NCBI GenBank assembly: GCA_028534125.1
Contig: CM052818.1
Coordinates: 38,814,001 to 38,878,000 of the forward strand
DNA from: Lama glama
Lineage: Eukaryota
Direction: 5' to 3'
DNA: 64,000 bases
Shown here: positions 10,441 to 21,629 of the stretch, piece after piece
Layout of the letters: each line of letters starts with the position of its first letter
Numbering within the stretch: the stretch's first letter is position 1
Program-made: the position numbers and the translations under genes
Notes under the pieces: generated by a model
The model's input: only the letters and a program-made list of their open reading frames with translations
The model's database searches: none
What the model was told of the DNA's origin: nothing

Positions 10441-13424
10441 GTCCCGTCCTCCCCACCCTTCCAGGACTCCGAGTGCCTGGAGGAGGAGAGGCTGGCAGAT
10501 CGCCTTCGCCTCCCACCCCAGGGCTAGCAGGCTCTCCCGAGGCTGCTGCTTGTGCCACTGCCTTCTCGGCACGCGCGGCACTGTGAGTCCCTCCATCACC
10601 CCATCCGTGCCCCGGGGATGCAGGCTGTGCTGGGCGATTTACAGGACGCCGAGCTGTCTCTTTACAGGAACAGTTACATGGCGCCGGGCCGTGTGGTCCC
10701 AGGAGGCTGTCGTCCGCACCCTCATTAGCAGCCGCGGGCTAGGAGATGGCCCTGTGAGCGCTCACCAAGCCTGAATCACAGCGATGGCTCCTTGTCATTA
10801 CATCTCCCCACGGCCCCCAGCAGCTGTTCACTCTCATCCTGCGTCCTCACCCCTGACAGCCTGGCAACAATACTCCCTGGGAGAAGCTGGGGCTGTTGTC
10901 ATGGGTTTAGAAGTGACACGGAGGCACAGGGAGGCAGAGTAGTAGGGTCATCCCTGGAGAGCTGCCCAGGGGGCCTCTGTGTCCCCAGGACTCAGTGTGT
11001 CCTCGCTGAGGAGCTCCAGGGGGACCTTCCTGGCATCATTTGTTCTAAATCTGTTATGCTGACCCTTTCCAACCCATGTTCTGTCAATTCGGGGTGGATG
11101 TTCAAAAGTGTTACGTTCAAAGGTTTTCTGTGGCCAGATGGCTAGGGCAATACCAGTGCTTTCCAAGCCTTTAGTGTGTGGGCACGTGTGGCTCGAGGGG
11201 GACACCACGCAGCATTTCATGTTCCAGTTGGTCTCTGGGACCCTCTCCTTTGTAAAGCCCCCTACATCCCACAGAATACTCTGGGAGTCTTGTGGCCCTG
11301 CGTTCGCTCTACCAGACATCTGGTGAAGAGCAAATTTGCTTCTTGAGAGCAGGAACCGTATTTTATTTCCCTTTGTGTGTGTCCTGTGACTATCCAGGCA
11401 GGAATCAGGCTTCCTTATAACAAACTTTCTAATATTCATTCATCCACTGATGCTTTCATCGCCCATTCGTTCCATCACTGGCATCAGCCATCCCGAGGCA
11501 GCGTGGAGCGGCGTTTGAGCAGGGTTTGGAGTCTGAGAAGCCCCCATTCCTTCTTGCTCTGGGACCCCAGTTTTGGTCTTTAGCCAAGTCCTGTCCTCTG
11601 CAGGGACCTGGGGAGGAGGAGTAGGAATGGGGTCTTCAGACCTCCATCCAGCCCCTTGGTGGCTGATCTCACACCGCAGGTCTTGAAAGAGAGGGGAACT
11701 GGATCTTGCATCAGTGGAACCTGTTTTTAGCCATGACCTCAGGGAACCCTGATGGAAATAGGATGTTTGGAAAGGGATGCTGTGTGGCCAGCTGCATCCT
11801 GAGAGGGACTGCCCCACCTCCCACCTCAGAGCAAATCCAGTTTCTGGTTAGTTCCAAAGAGTCACTGCTTTGCCAAGCAGTATAAATCCTGAACTCTGAC
11901 ACAAGCTTTTAGCTGCTACTTTATTTCCCTGAGGGTCCCTGTTTGAGGATTATTCAGTCCTTCTGAGCTTTTCCTGGGCATCCAGCCTCCAGTGGAGGAT
12001 GCAGGATGAGCCAGCACCTGCCCCAGGGGAGCCTGAGGAAGGGCAGCTGCTTGAAGAGAGCTGGGACCCATCTGAACTGAGCTGCCAAGGGCAGCCCATC
12101 CCAGGGTGATGCCTCTTGGGACTGCCTGGAACTTACTCTGTGAAGGCCTGGCTGGGCCGATCCCTCCGGGTCTAGACTGGAGAAACACCTTTTGCTCACT
12201 TCTCTGCCATCCATGGAGGCTCTGAATTCTTCCCTTGGGGTCAGAAAGGGTGGTATGGGGCACCTCCATCTTCATGCAGGCCTCTGCTAGGCCCTGTAGG
12301 GCCGGGAGTTGTTCTGACTGAAGGTGCCTCCCCTCTCCTCCTGCCTCTACCCAGCCCTGCCAGTGTCTGTGCTGGATCCCATTCACAGATGGGGAGGTGA
12401 GGACAGGGAGGTGGGGTGGCCTGAGGCCACTGAGGGAGGAGCAGGATGAGGAACGGAACTGCGTTCTGCCTGCTGTGCTGTGCTTCTAAGTGCACGGTGT
12501 TGCACCTCTGCAGGGTGATGCTGTAGCCAGTTGGCAGATGAGGAAACCGAAGCTTGGAGAGGCCAAGTGAGGCCCCCTGGGTCTTCTGCCTCCAGGGCCT
12601 GTGCCCTCCCTCCCTCGTCCCCAGCGTGGCTGAATGAAGCATGTCAACATTCCCTTAGACACATGGGGCCTCCTGGCCCAGCAGCCTGCCTGGATCTCTG
12701 CTGGTCATGGGTTTAGGGAAAAAGGCCCAGGACCCCACTTTAGGAGTTCTAAAATTGGCCCTTGGATTTCAGTGGGAACTTTCCATGTGACTCTACCAAA
12801 GCCCCCGGGATACAGTTATCAGATCTTCCCTCCAGTCCTGGGTCTCCTGCAGACCAGCCTGGCCAGTGCAGTTTCTGCAGGGGCACAGGGAAGAGGCTGC
12901 TGTGTCCCCGGGAACATGGTCTGGGGTGTCGTTCCCGACCCCCACTTAGGCCAGGAAAGCACGCCGCTCAGCTTGGGAAAGGGGTAAAAGCACTGATAGG
13001 TCATTCTTTCTCAGCATCTTCTGGAGGCTGCAGCATTCCTGAAATGACCTCATTGGGCCCTTCACAGATGGGGACACCAACACCCAGGAAGGGGAAAGGC
13101 CCTGCCCACATATTCTGCAGCCCTCCTTGCTTTGGGTCTTCTCTGAGTGACTGTCCTCTGCTAATGGACAGGAAGAAAGAGCAGCAGGTGTCCTGAGGCC
13201 TGGCCCAGCGAGAATTCCCTGAGGACGCAGGTGTTTGAGAGGCTCCAAGAGACGCTCCTTTGCCAGAGGCAGCAGACCCAGGAGAGTCACCTGCCAGGTG
13301 TGATTGGAGGGCCTGTGGCCTCTGATTAGAAAGAGGGACCCTGGACCCTGGAGAAACCCTGACCTGAAGCTGGAAAAGGGGCTTCAGAGCATTGGTGCCC
13401 CAGGAAGGCAAACACACCTGGTGA

Positions 13425-13620
13425 CCCAGCCACACTCGGAGCCTTGCTCCTCCACCTGCTGGCTGTGGGCCCTGGGCCAGGCCCTTCATCTTTCTGTGCC
13501 CCAGTTTTCATATCTGTAAATGTGACTAATATCTACTACCAAACAGTGTTTTATGATTATTAAATGAGCTAATGAATGTGGAAATGCCTGGCCATGGTAG
13601 GTACTCAGCACAACGTTGAT
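13425..13620 (+). mobile_element. MIR SINE
   Basis: tctgtgccccagttttcatatctgtaaat...gattattaaatgagctaatgaatgtggaaatgcctggccatggtaggtactcag. Confidence 0.8.
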
Positions 13621-13999
13621 TGGATGGGCAGGTGGTGGGATGGGTTGAATGGATCTTCTGTTGTGCATCTGGTCTCCAGGAACTGAGTCCCTGCTGCAGG
13701 AGGTCCCTCAGGCAGAGGGCAGAGCAGGGCTGTGGCCTGCCTTTCTTTCCTGCTATTCAGTACCTGGGGCTGGTTCTGTGTGACCATCACCCTGCTGCAG
13801 CCCTCAGTCCCACCTGCTGAAGGAACATTAGGTCCAGGGTGTGGTGCAGTCCTGATGGGCGCTGGCTGGGGCTCAGTGCAGCCCCCGGTGTGCTCTGTCT
13901 AGCGCCCATGTGGCCCACCAGGGGACACTGGGGGCAGGCAGACCCCACCCCACAACAGCTCGGAGCCCCTCGTTTATTCTTTCTCTGGCTGAATATGGT

Positions 14000-14225
14000 C
14001 TGGATGAGAGCTTAGCTTCTGAAGTCAGACATCCTGTCATCCTGGTGACATGCTGTCACTTCAGGCAGGTGGCTTGGCCTCTTAGGACTTGAATGTGTAT
14101 GTCTGTGGGGTAGAGATTGGGCTGTACCCCACCAAGGGTTGTTGGTGGATAAAACAAGATAATGGGTCTAAAGTGCTTGGCATGGAGCAGGTGCTCTGTA
14201 TGTGGCGGCTGTTACTGTTATTTCT
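14000..14225 (+). mobile_element. MIR SINE (intronic; supplies the spurious N-terminus of ORF 14089..14748)
   Basis: gagcttagcttctgaagtcagac...agggttgttggtggataaaacaagataatgggtctaaagtgcttggcatggagcaggtgctc. Confidence 0.7.
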
Positions 14226-14477
14226 CGAGGGGTTAAAAGAAAAGTCACCTGAAGAAGACAGCTTGTCTAGGAGTGCAGAGGCTCCTGAGGGGCCGGCTCT
14301 GCTCGTGCTGGGCCCTGGGGCTGCAGGGAAGGAGAGGCTTACCCTTCAGTTCCTCCCCGGGGATGAGATGGGAAGCTGGGCCCAGTGCCCTGTTGTGGGG
14401 GGGTGCCTTTCATGGCCGGGGACCCTTGTTCCTTTTGCAGGAGGTTGTGCTCAGAGCTTCTCTCTCTGGTTCTCTAG

Positions 14478-14748
14478 AGTCGAAGAGGACTTGGACCAGA
14501 TTCTCAACCTGGGAGCTGAGCCCAGACTCCAGCCTCAGCCCAGGCCCAGGCCCAAGCCCAAGCCTCCAGTGGCAGCTAAGCCAGTGCTGCCCAGAAAGCC
14601 AGCTGTTCCCCCCACAGCAAGCCCATCTGAGGCTGTGGCCGGGCAGCGGAAGCAGCAGCAGCAGATCCAAGCCATGGACGAGATGGACATCTTACAGTAC
14701 ATCCGGGACCACGACGCGCCTGGCCAAGCCACCCCCAGCCTCTTCTGA
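14478..14748 (+). CDS. HS1BP3: HCLS1-binding protein 3, coding part of terminal exon with TGA stop
   Basis: Acceptor tctctctggttctctAG ends at 14477. AG+A forms the split Arg codon, followed by VEEDLDQILNLGAEPRLQPQPRPRPKPKPPVAAKPVLPRKPAVPP...QIQAMDEMDILQYIRDHDAPGQATPSLF*. This is the C-terminal part of ORF 14089..14748 and matches the HS1BP3 C-terminus. Confidence 0.96.
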
Positions 14749-15955
14749 CTGCCCCCCCACCCCCCATGCTGTTCCTGAGCCAGCAGGCCCTCTCCCGTGG
14801 AGGGGCTTGGGGTGAGGTGCAGGCTTTACCCTGTAAGGGCTGGAACCTGTATTCCCAAGGGAGAGAGGGTGGAAGCCAGGGTCTTAGGTCCCCTGTACTG
14901 CCTTTTCCCTTTTTCTCAGGCCTGTGGGGTCATGGAACCCTGCAAGATGCAGAGAACGAGGTCACCATAGGAATCAGAGCCTAAACTGTCTCAGCCACGT
15001 GGATGTGGAGGGGAGAGCATGTGGGGATGCCTTGCTAACCAGGAGCTTGCCCCCAGGATGTTGAGAGCCGGGGAGAGGGGGAGCCCAGGGAGGCTCCACT
15101 CGGGGCAGGGAAACTTTGTGCCCACTGGTGCCCACCAGCTCTGCCAGCCCCAACATAGGAGGGAGGGCCTGGCCAACTTGTGGGGGGTTGGGGGGTCCCT
15201 ATACCAAGCCACTCTGGAATCTTTGGTCAGCATGGCTTCTGGGGTCCGTAGGCCCTGGGAGGGTCCCGAGGGTGCCTAGAAGAGCCTGGCTGGGTAAGGT
15301 GACCCTAAGCTATCTCTGGTTACCAGGCGCTAAGCAGGGTGCCTTCCCATGTGTCCAAGCTCGAGGAAATCAGGCCCAGCCTGCTCTCTGGGGTGTGAAT
15401 GGCCTGACAGGTCCCAGGTCTTCCTCCCTCCTCTTTTCCCAGGAAAGGCCTGGCCACACTGTGGCCTCCTTAGGCCTCTGACCATAGGGCCAGCATCCCC
15501 ACTGCAGCTCTGAGCAGAGTGGTCCCAGCATCCTCCAGGGACACCTGCAGCTGGGGTGTGCCTCCTCCTCATGGCAGGCCTAGGCTGGATGCTGTCCGGC
15601 TGCTGCTTCAAGGGCCCCATCTGTCCATTGGCGGTTGCTGCCAGACCTTGTCTGTCCTCTGGACTTTCTCGCTGGCCTTCCACGAGTGGGAGCCAGTGGG
15701 AGCTTCTTTCCAGGGAGAAGGAGCCCTGTGCTGGGCAGGGCCAGTGCCTTAGACTTCTCCTGGGCCCCCAGCGCCCCAGTATATGGGTCTGGGCACGGTG
15801 CAGCACTCAGGAAATTCTCAGTCAATGAATGATGTTTAATGGAGCAAAGAATGCCTTTATATATATATACATACACACACACGTATATTCTTCATGATCA
15901 GAACTAGTTTTTAATGAAACACAAGTTTTTAATGAAATGCAACCCCTGTTGTCCC
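14749..15955 (+). other. HS1BP3: Probable HS1BP3 3' UTR (end approximate)
   Basis: Follows the stop codon. End inferred from AATGAA hexamers at 15913 and 15931 and a downstream GT-rich stretch (ctgttgtcccttgggttgtgctgctt). Confidence 0.55.
15858..15882. repeat. (TA)n(CA)n microsatellite in the 3' UTR
   Basis: tatatatatatacatacacacacac. Confidence 0.85.
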
Positions 15956-16707
15956 TTGGGTTGTGCTGCTTGACAGAGGATTGGAAGAGGGGCTTGGGAC
16001 TAGGATCCCAGGCCCTTCCTCATCAGGGTCAGCAGCCAACCCCGAAAGAGCGCCCTGCCCGGGGCCGGGTGTTTGCTGTCATCAGGCTCTGGCACCGTGC
16101 TGCCCTATGCCAGGACCTGCAGGGCAGGTGGGAGCACTCGGTCTGATCTGTCCTGCGTCTCATGCACCCTTGTCAGCTGTCCAGTCCCAAAAGGCCATCC
16201 CCCTCCCCTCCACCTGGGCCAGTGTGGGAGAAGATAGGCGGCACGGGGGGCTGAGAGCCCGATTCGTGCTCCAGCTCTGCCTTACCTGGGCTCCGAGGGC
16301 CCCCTCCCCAGGGCCCTGCACTGGCTCTGGGATAGTCTCGGCCCGTCTTCTCTTTCACTGCCAGGCCTTCACACACACGCCCCCACCCCCAGCACAGGTA
16401 GACTCCCCCACCTGGCCCTGGGTTCCCTACCTTGCTGACTGCGGGAAGGCCTCCGAAGAAAGGAGCCAATGGTGAGGTGATGTGCTGCCTCCCTGTTCTC
16501 TCCTCTGGGCTCCTGCCTCCCTGGCTCCCACCCCGCACCTCCTCCCACCAACGTGTGGCACAGGAGCAGAGGGCACAGCCGGCTGGTGCCTGTGGGGAAC
16601 CAGTCCTCTCGCGGGGGTCACGGATGGAACCCACCACTCTGGTGTGGATTCATCCTCCTCCCTGGTGGCCTGGCACTCAGACACCTCAGCAGAGATATGA
16701 GCTTCTC

Positions 16708-17207
16708 NNNNNNNNNNNNNNNNNNNNNNNNNNNNNNNNNNNNNNNNNNNNNNNNNNNNNNNNNNNNNNNNNNNNNNNNNNNNNNNNNNNNNNNNNNNNN
16801 NNNNNNNNNNNNNNNNNNNNNNNNNNNNNNNNNNNNNNNNNNNNNNNNNNNNNNNNNNNNNNNNNNNNNNNNNNNNNNNNNNNNNNNNNNNNNNNNNNNN
16901 NNNNNNNNNNNNNNNNNNNNNNNNNNNNNNNNNNNNNNNNNNNNNNNNNNNNNNNNNNNNNNNNNNNNNNNNNNNNNNNNNNNNNNNNNNNNNNNNNNNN
17001 NNNNNNNNNNNNNNNNNNNNNNNNNNNNNNNNNNNNNNNNNNNNNNNNNNNNNNNNNNNNNNNNNNNNNNNNNNNNNNNNNNNNNNNNNNNNNNNNNNNN
17101 NNNNNNNNNNNNNNNNNNNNNNNNNNNNNNNNNNNNNNNNNNNNNNNNNNNNNNNNNNNNNNNNNNNNNNNNNNNNNNNNNNNNNNNNNNNNNNNNNNNN
17201 NNNNNNN
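16708..17207. other. Assembly gap (500 N)
   Basis: Run of exactly 500 N. Confidence 1.
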
Positions 17208-17533
17208 AAAAAAAAAAAGACATGAACTGATTTACAAAACAGAAACAGACTCACAGACGTAGGAAACAAACTCATGGTTACCAGGGGTAAAAGAGGTGGG
17301 AAGGGATAAAATGGGAGCTCGAGATTTGCAGATACTAACTACTATATATAAAATAGATAAACAGCAAGTTTATACTGTATAACACAGGGAACAAGCTTCA
17401 ATATCTTACAGTAACTTATAATGAAAAAGAATATGAAAACATATATTGATATGTATGACTGAAACATTACACTGTACGCCAGAAATCTACATACACAACA
17501 TTGTGACCTGACTATACTTCAATTAAAAAAAAA
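17208..17533 (+). mobile_element. Cetartiodactyl/camelid-type L1 3' end with A-tail
   Basis: tgaactgatttacaaaacagaaacagactcacagac...aaactcatggttaccagggg...actatatataaaatagataaac...actatacttcaattaaaaaaaaa. The 5' part is lost in the gap. Confidence 0.9.
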
Positions 17534-17689
17534 ACAGACAGTGCTCATGGACAACCTCTCCAATCAGCCCCCAAGGCCTTCCCTACCCCTCTCCTCCTAG
17601 GGGCCTCATCCTCACCTGCTGCTCAGAAATGATTCTTCCTGTGCCTGGTATTTAGAGACACTAAGCTCACTGAGAATTATTTCTTCTAC

Positions 17690-18580
17690 TTCTATGAGCA
17701 TTAATCTGTTCAAGTTTTGTAATTTTTTTTCAAGTTGATTTTCATCATTAATTTTTTTCTAGAAAAGTATCTACTTCATCCTGATTTAAAATACATGTCA
17801 TATTCTCATAACTTTAAAAATCATATTTGTGGTTATAGTCCAATGTTCATCTCTAGGAATTTTCTCTCTCTTTTATTGGTTATAGTCATCCGAAATTTAT
17901 TCTGTTTGTCTTTTCAAAGAAACCAGTTTTGGGTTTTAAAGATCTATTTTACTATGTTTTCCATCTAATTCATTCATTTCTATTTAAAATTTAGCCACAT
18001 TTCCTTTAAGCATCTTTTTTGTAGAACCACATTTTTTATTTACTTTCCTTTTTTGTTGGTAATTTTAAAAACACTTAAGGCTACATAATTTACTCTAACA
18101 CAGTTTTGGCCCCCTCCCACAGATTTTATGATAGAATAGTCTCATTTTCAAGAAGTTAAATTTGTATTTTTTATTTCGTGTTAAAACTGAAAAGCTATTT
18201 TAAATACTAGTAGTGTTCGTATGTTTGTACTTTCAGTTTCCAAGGTTTTTATCACTGTTTTTATTATTATCTCTTTGTAATTTATTTCTAGTCTTACTGC
18301 ATTATGGTCTGAGAATAGGAATCTGTAAGACTGCTACTTTCTGTAATTTAAAAATATTTCTTGACAACCTAAGATATAACCAAGTTTTTAAATGTTCAAT
18401 GGACATTTTAAAATATATACTCTAATTATAAAACACATACATAATTTCAAAAGTATTAATTATATTTTCAGAATTCTGTATCCTGATTTACTCTGGGTCC
18501 ACTTGACCCATCATTCCTGAGGGGCGGTTGTAAACATCCCACTGTCACGATGGCTTTGTTCAGTCCTCCTGGGAATTGTT
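17690..18580 (-). mobile_element. Old L1 (L1M-type) ORF2 fragment
   Basis: T-rich antisense ORF2 motifs gtcttttcaaagaaaccagtttttggg, gcattatggtctgagaatagg and cccactgtcacgatggctttgttcagtcctcct. Confidence 0.75.
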
Positions 18581-18779
18581 CAGTGCCAATCCTGGCCGAG
18601 GGTCCCCAGCAGTCTCTGTCCTGGTCTCACAGAGGTGCTGAAGATCTGACCTCACATTAGCCAGTGGAGCTCAGGGTCCTGGGTTCACCTGGCTTGTGTC
18701 TCTGGATTTATGCTCCGAGCCTGCTTTTTGTGTGGCTCAAGCTGTTATATTCACAGAGGTGCCTGGCCTCAGGGCATGG

Positions 18780-18985
18780 GCATCAGAGCAGATATGTGGC
18801 TGCCAGGGGCTGGGGGCTGGGGGAATGGAGAGTGACTATTTAATAAGTATGGGCTTTCCTTTGGGGTGATGAAATCTTCTGGAAGCAGATAGTGGTGATG
18901 GTTGTACAACGTGGTGAATGTATTAAAACACCACTGGATGGTACACTTTAAAATGGTCAGTTTTACGTTGTGTGTATTTTAGCGC
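18780..18985 (+). mobile_element. L1MB/L1MC-like 3' terminus followed by (CA)n
   Basis: gtggctgccaggggctgggg...tcctttggggtgatgaaat...gatagtggtgatggttgtacaacgtggtgaatgtattaaaacaccactggatggtacactttaaaatgg. Confidence 0.85.
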
Positions 18986-19724
18986 ACACACACACACACG
19001 AGTGTATTTAGGACATGATGGAGAACAAGCCCAGTGAGGAAGTTTGGTCAGAAGGCCAAGGAGTTACCCGATGCCGGGAAGCAGGGAGTGATGTGAAATC
19101 TGGGGGGCCGTGGAGGAGGGAAGTTGTGAAGCCATTGAAGGCAGAGGGAGGCAGTGTGTTTCTACAGCTGATGCTGAAGCCTGGTGAGAGAGGCTGCTGG
19201 GAGAGCAGGCCTCCCAGGTTTCAGAAGCCTGTGTGTGTTTGTGGGTTTCCTGGGAATAATAAGGCCTGGGACTTGTCTTTCTTGGCTGCATCTAACCTGA
19301 AGACAGGCTCTCCTCTGGTCTGGCAGGAAACATTTGAAACTATTGCCAAGACATCTGCTTCATTTTCCTTGGCAACAAAAGACATCCTGAGAGATAGACT
19401 CAAGACTTACAACTGGGAGCATCTGTAATTCTTTCTCCTTTTCTTCCATGGGAGTTTAAATGGACACTCCTAAGCTCAAGTTTAGAGAGGGTCAGACCAG
19501 AGGAGGCTGAGCTGCAGAGAATCCAGCATTTAGCGAGAGAAATGAGCAGGGGAAAGGAGAGAGGAGGGCAGGCAGGTGAGGCCCAAGAATGTCCTGAAAA
19601 TCCAGAGTCGGGGACCAGAGTCCCTCTTGGAGGATGAGGGTGACCTGCTCCACTTCTGAAATGGAGACACTGGGGGACCTGTCCAGCAGAATGAGCATGG
19701 TCTTCGGTGTTGGACAAGCTGGGG

Positions 19725-19835
19725 CTAAATGACCTTGGGCGACTAAAAGTGGGGAAATAATATCCACCTCATAGGTTTGCTGTTGGGATTAAGAGAGGGG
19801 ACACAAGTGGACCATGGAGCAGCGCGTAGCACACT
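19725..19835 (+). mobile_element. MIR fragment
   Basis: atgaccttgggc...gggaaataatatccacctcataggtttgctgttgggattaa. Confidence 0.65.
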
Positions 19836-20118
19836 GGAGGGGCTTAGTGAATGCTTCCAACTCCTCCAGAGAACTGGGCTGGAGAGGCCACTGTGGCCTG
19901 GCCTGCCCATCTATGCACCTCAGTCTTTTCGTTTTGAATATGAGGGGGCCTGGAATGGATGTTCTGTGATTTCATGACTAAGAACTCCAGACCCAGGGCT
20001 ATCCCTGGGGATTGTTTAAAAGCAGGCTGGCTCATACAGTTGCTGAGGGAAGCAGGGTGCAGGGTGTAGACTAAAAAGCTATTGATTCCTCAGCTGAGGG
20101 CCAAGATGTCAAATGACC

Positions 20119-20268
20119 TAGATATATGATTTGCAAATATTTTCTTTCATTTTGTGGGCTATCTTTTCACTTTCTTGACAGTGTTCTTTGAAGCATAAAA
20201 ATGTTAAGTTTTTATGAAATCTAATTTATCTAGTTTTTCTTCGGCAATTCATTCTTTTGGTGTCATAG
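20119..20268 (-). mobile_element. L1 ORF2 3' fragment
   Basis: agatatatgatttgcaaatattttct...ttttcactttcttgacagtgttctttgaagcataaaa...cttttggtgtcata. Confidence 0.85.
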
Positions 20269-20844
20269 ACTTCCTAGTTTTCTAAAGCAATATTCTAACA
20301 TAGAGAAATATGCCCACACCAAACCAGCAAGAGGTATTGATTCTTTTCATGTTTTTTCAAACTTGGACTTTTGAAGAATTCTTTTCTTTTACTTCACTTC
20401 ATTCCAAAAATAATTTGATGCAACTTATGAAAATTCAAATAATACAAAAGGATACCATAAATAAAAAATTCTAGGCAAAAGGAAAGTACGCATCTAAGAT
20501 GAAGCCAAGGGTAAAATCAGTATGTAGAATTACATACATAGAGCTTCCTAGTAACCAAAGCAAAGAGGAAAATACAATTATTTGTAGGATTCACAGGCCC
20601 ATGAGATAAACATGTATCTATATCTTAGGGGAGGCAAAGCTTTTCCTGGCACAGAGGCTGGAAAAAAATTTCTCCTGTGGTTCCTCTTAAAGAAAGAATA
20701 TGTTTGGGTTTATCAGCTAGAAGAGAATATGTATATAATGTCCCAAAAAGCTAACTTTTCACAGCCCGATTTCCTTTCCTTTCTGTTTCCAGATCCACAT
20801 CTCTTCCTGCCAACAGTTTTTCCCCCCATGAAATTGTCCCTGTT

Positions 20845-20985
20845 TTAGCAATCTTTCAAAAACACAGATATGAACACCTCACTTCCCTTCTTGAAATTCT
20901 TCAATAGCTCCCAATTGCCCTCAGGATAAAGTCCAAACTTTTTAACATGACTAACGTGATATAACATGATTTAACCCCAGCCTAT
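20845..20985 (+). mobile_element. L2 fragment
   Basis: ttcaatagctcccaattgccctcaggataaagtccaaactttttaacatg. Confidence 0.75.
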
Positions 20986-21099
20986 AAGAGCCACTAATTT
21001 TGAGCCCCTCTCCACTCTGGAACTCAGCTTGTCAGAGACTCTACCTTGAACCCCTCACTCAGATCTACTTCTCTGAGTTTATGCACACTTCTAACAAGT

Positions 21100-21505
21100 A
21101 TGTATGTTTTTTCCAAGATGACAGCAGATTAGAAGCACCGCATTAAAAACTGCGTGAAAGACTAGTTACGGGGGGATCCTGAGACTGATGGTTTATCAGC
21201 AGTGGAAGAGATTGAAAAATACAAAAAAGCAAAACGAAATACACAACAAGACGAATAATTTAATGCAGGCACAAATACCTCTGCTCATCCAGTAGCCCTG
21301 AAGGTCAGCCTTATTATATAGCAAGGTATAATTTGCACCCTTTACAATGAGAAAGCTAATGATAACTTTTTTTCATTGTACTCTGTTGGCAGAAGGCATA
21401 AGAATACACAATGTTGTTTAGAATAATTTTCTTATATACTAGTTAATGTAAAATTTTTTAACTATTTGTTCTCAAGTTAATAAAATATTAGTTATGAAGA
21501 AAATT
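21100..21505 (+). pseudogene. Candidate decayed processed-pseudogene 3' fragment, parent gene not identified
   Basis: Protein-like reading FFQDDSRLEAPH*KLRERLVTG / DPETDGLSAVEEIEKYKKAKRNTQQDE* with one stop and one frameshift in the G6 run at 21170-21175. An AT-rich UTR-like tract follows, with AATAAA at 21479-21484. Confidence 0.35.
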
Positions 21506-21629
21506 TGTTTCTCCAAAACAAAGCCCATTCATGTGTTTTATTATCTGAAGTTTGATTACAGAGGGAAAAAAGGAGCACCCTCTAATTTTCTGAACAGATT
21601 TTTAAGAAAATTAAGTTTTTAGAAATCCA

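Noticed and set aside
13288..13300. CACCTG-C-CAGGTG inverted E-box pair
   Set aside because: A short palindrome with no supporting context; plausible by chance in 64 kb of GC-rich DNA.
14089..14477. N-terminal 130 aa of the 219-aa ORF
   Set aside because: Intronic read-through with a non-ATG start inside a MIR. The real exon begins at the AG acceptor ending at 14477.
14273..14815. 180-aa ORF overlapping the terminal exon in another frame
   Set aside because: A shadow of GC-rich coding sequence with a non-ATG start and no recognisable protein.
16427..17275. Long ORFs of 200-280 aa
   Set aside because: Artefacts of translating through the 500-N gap.
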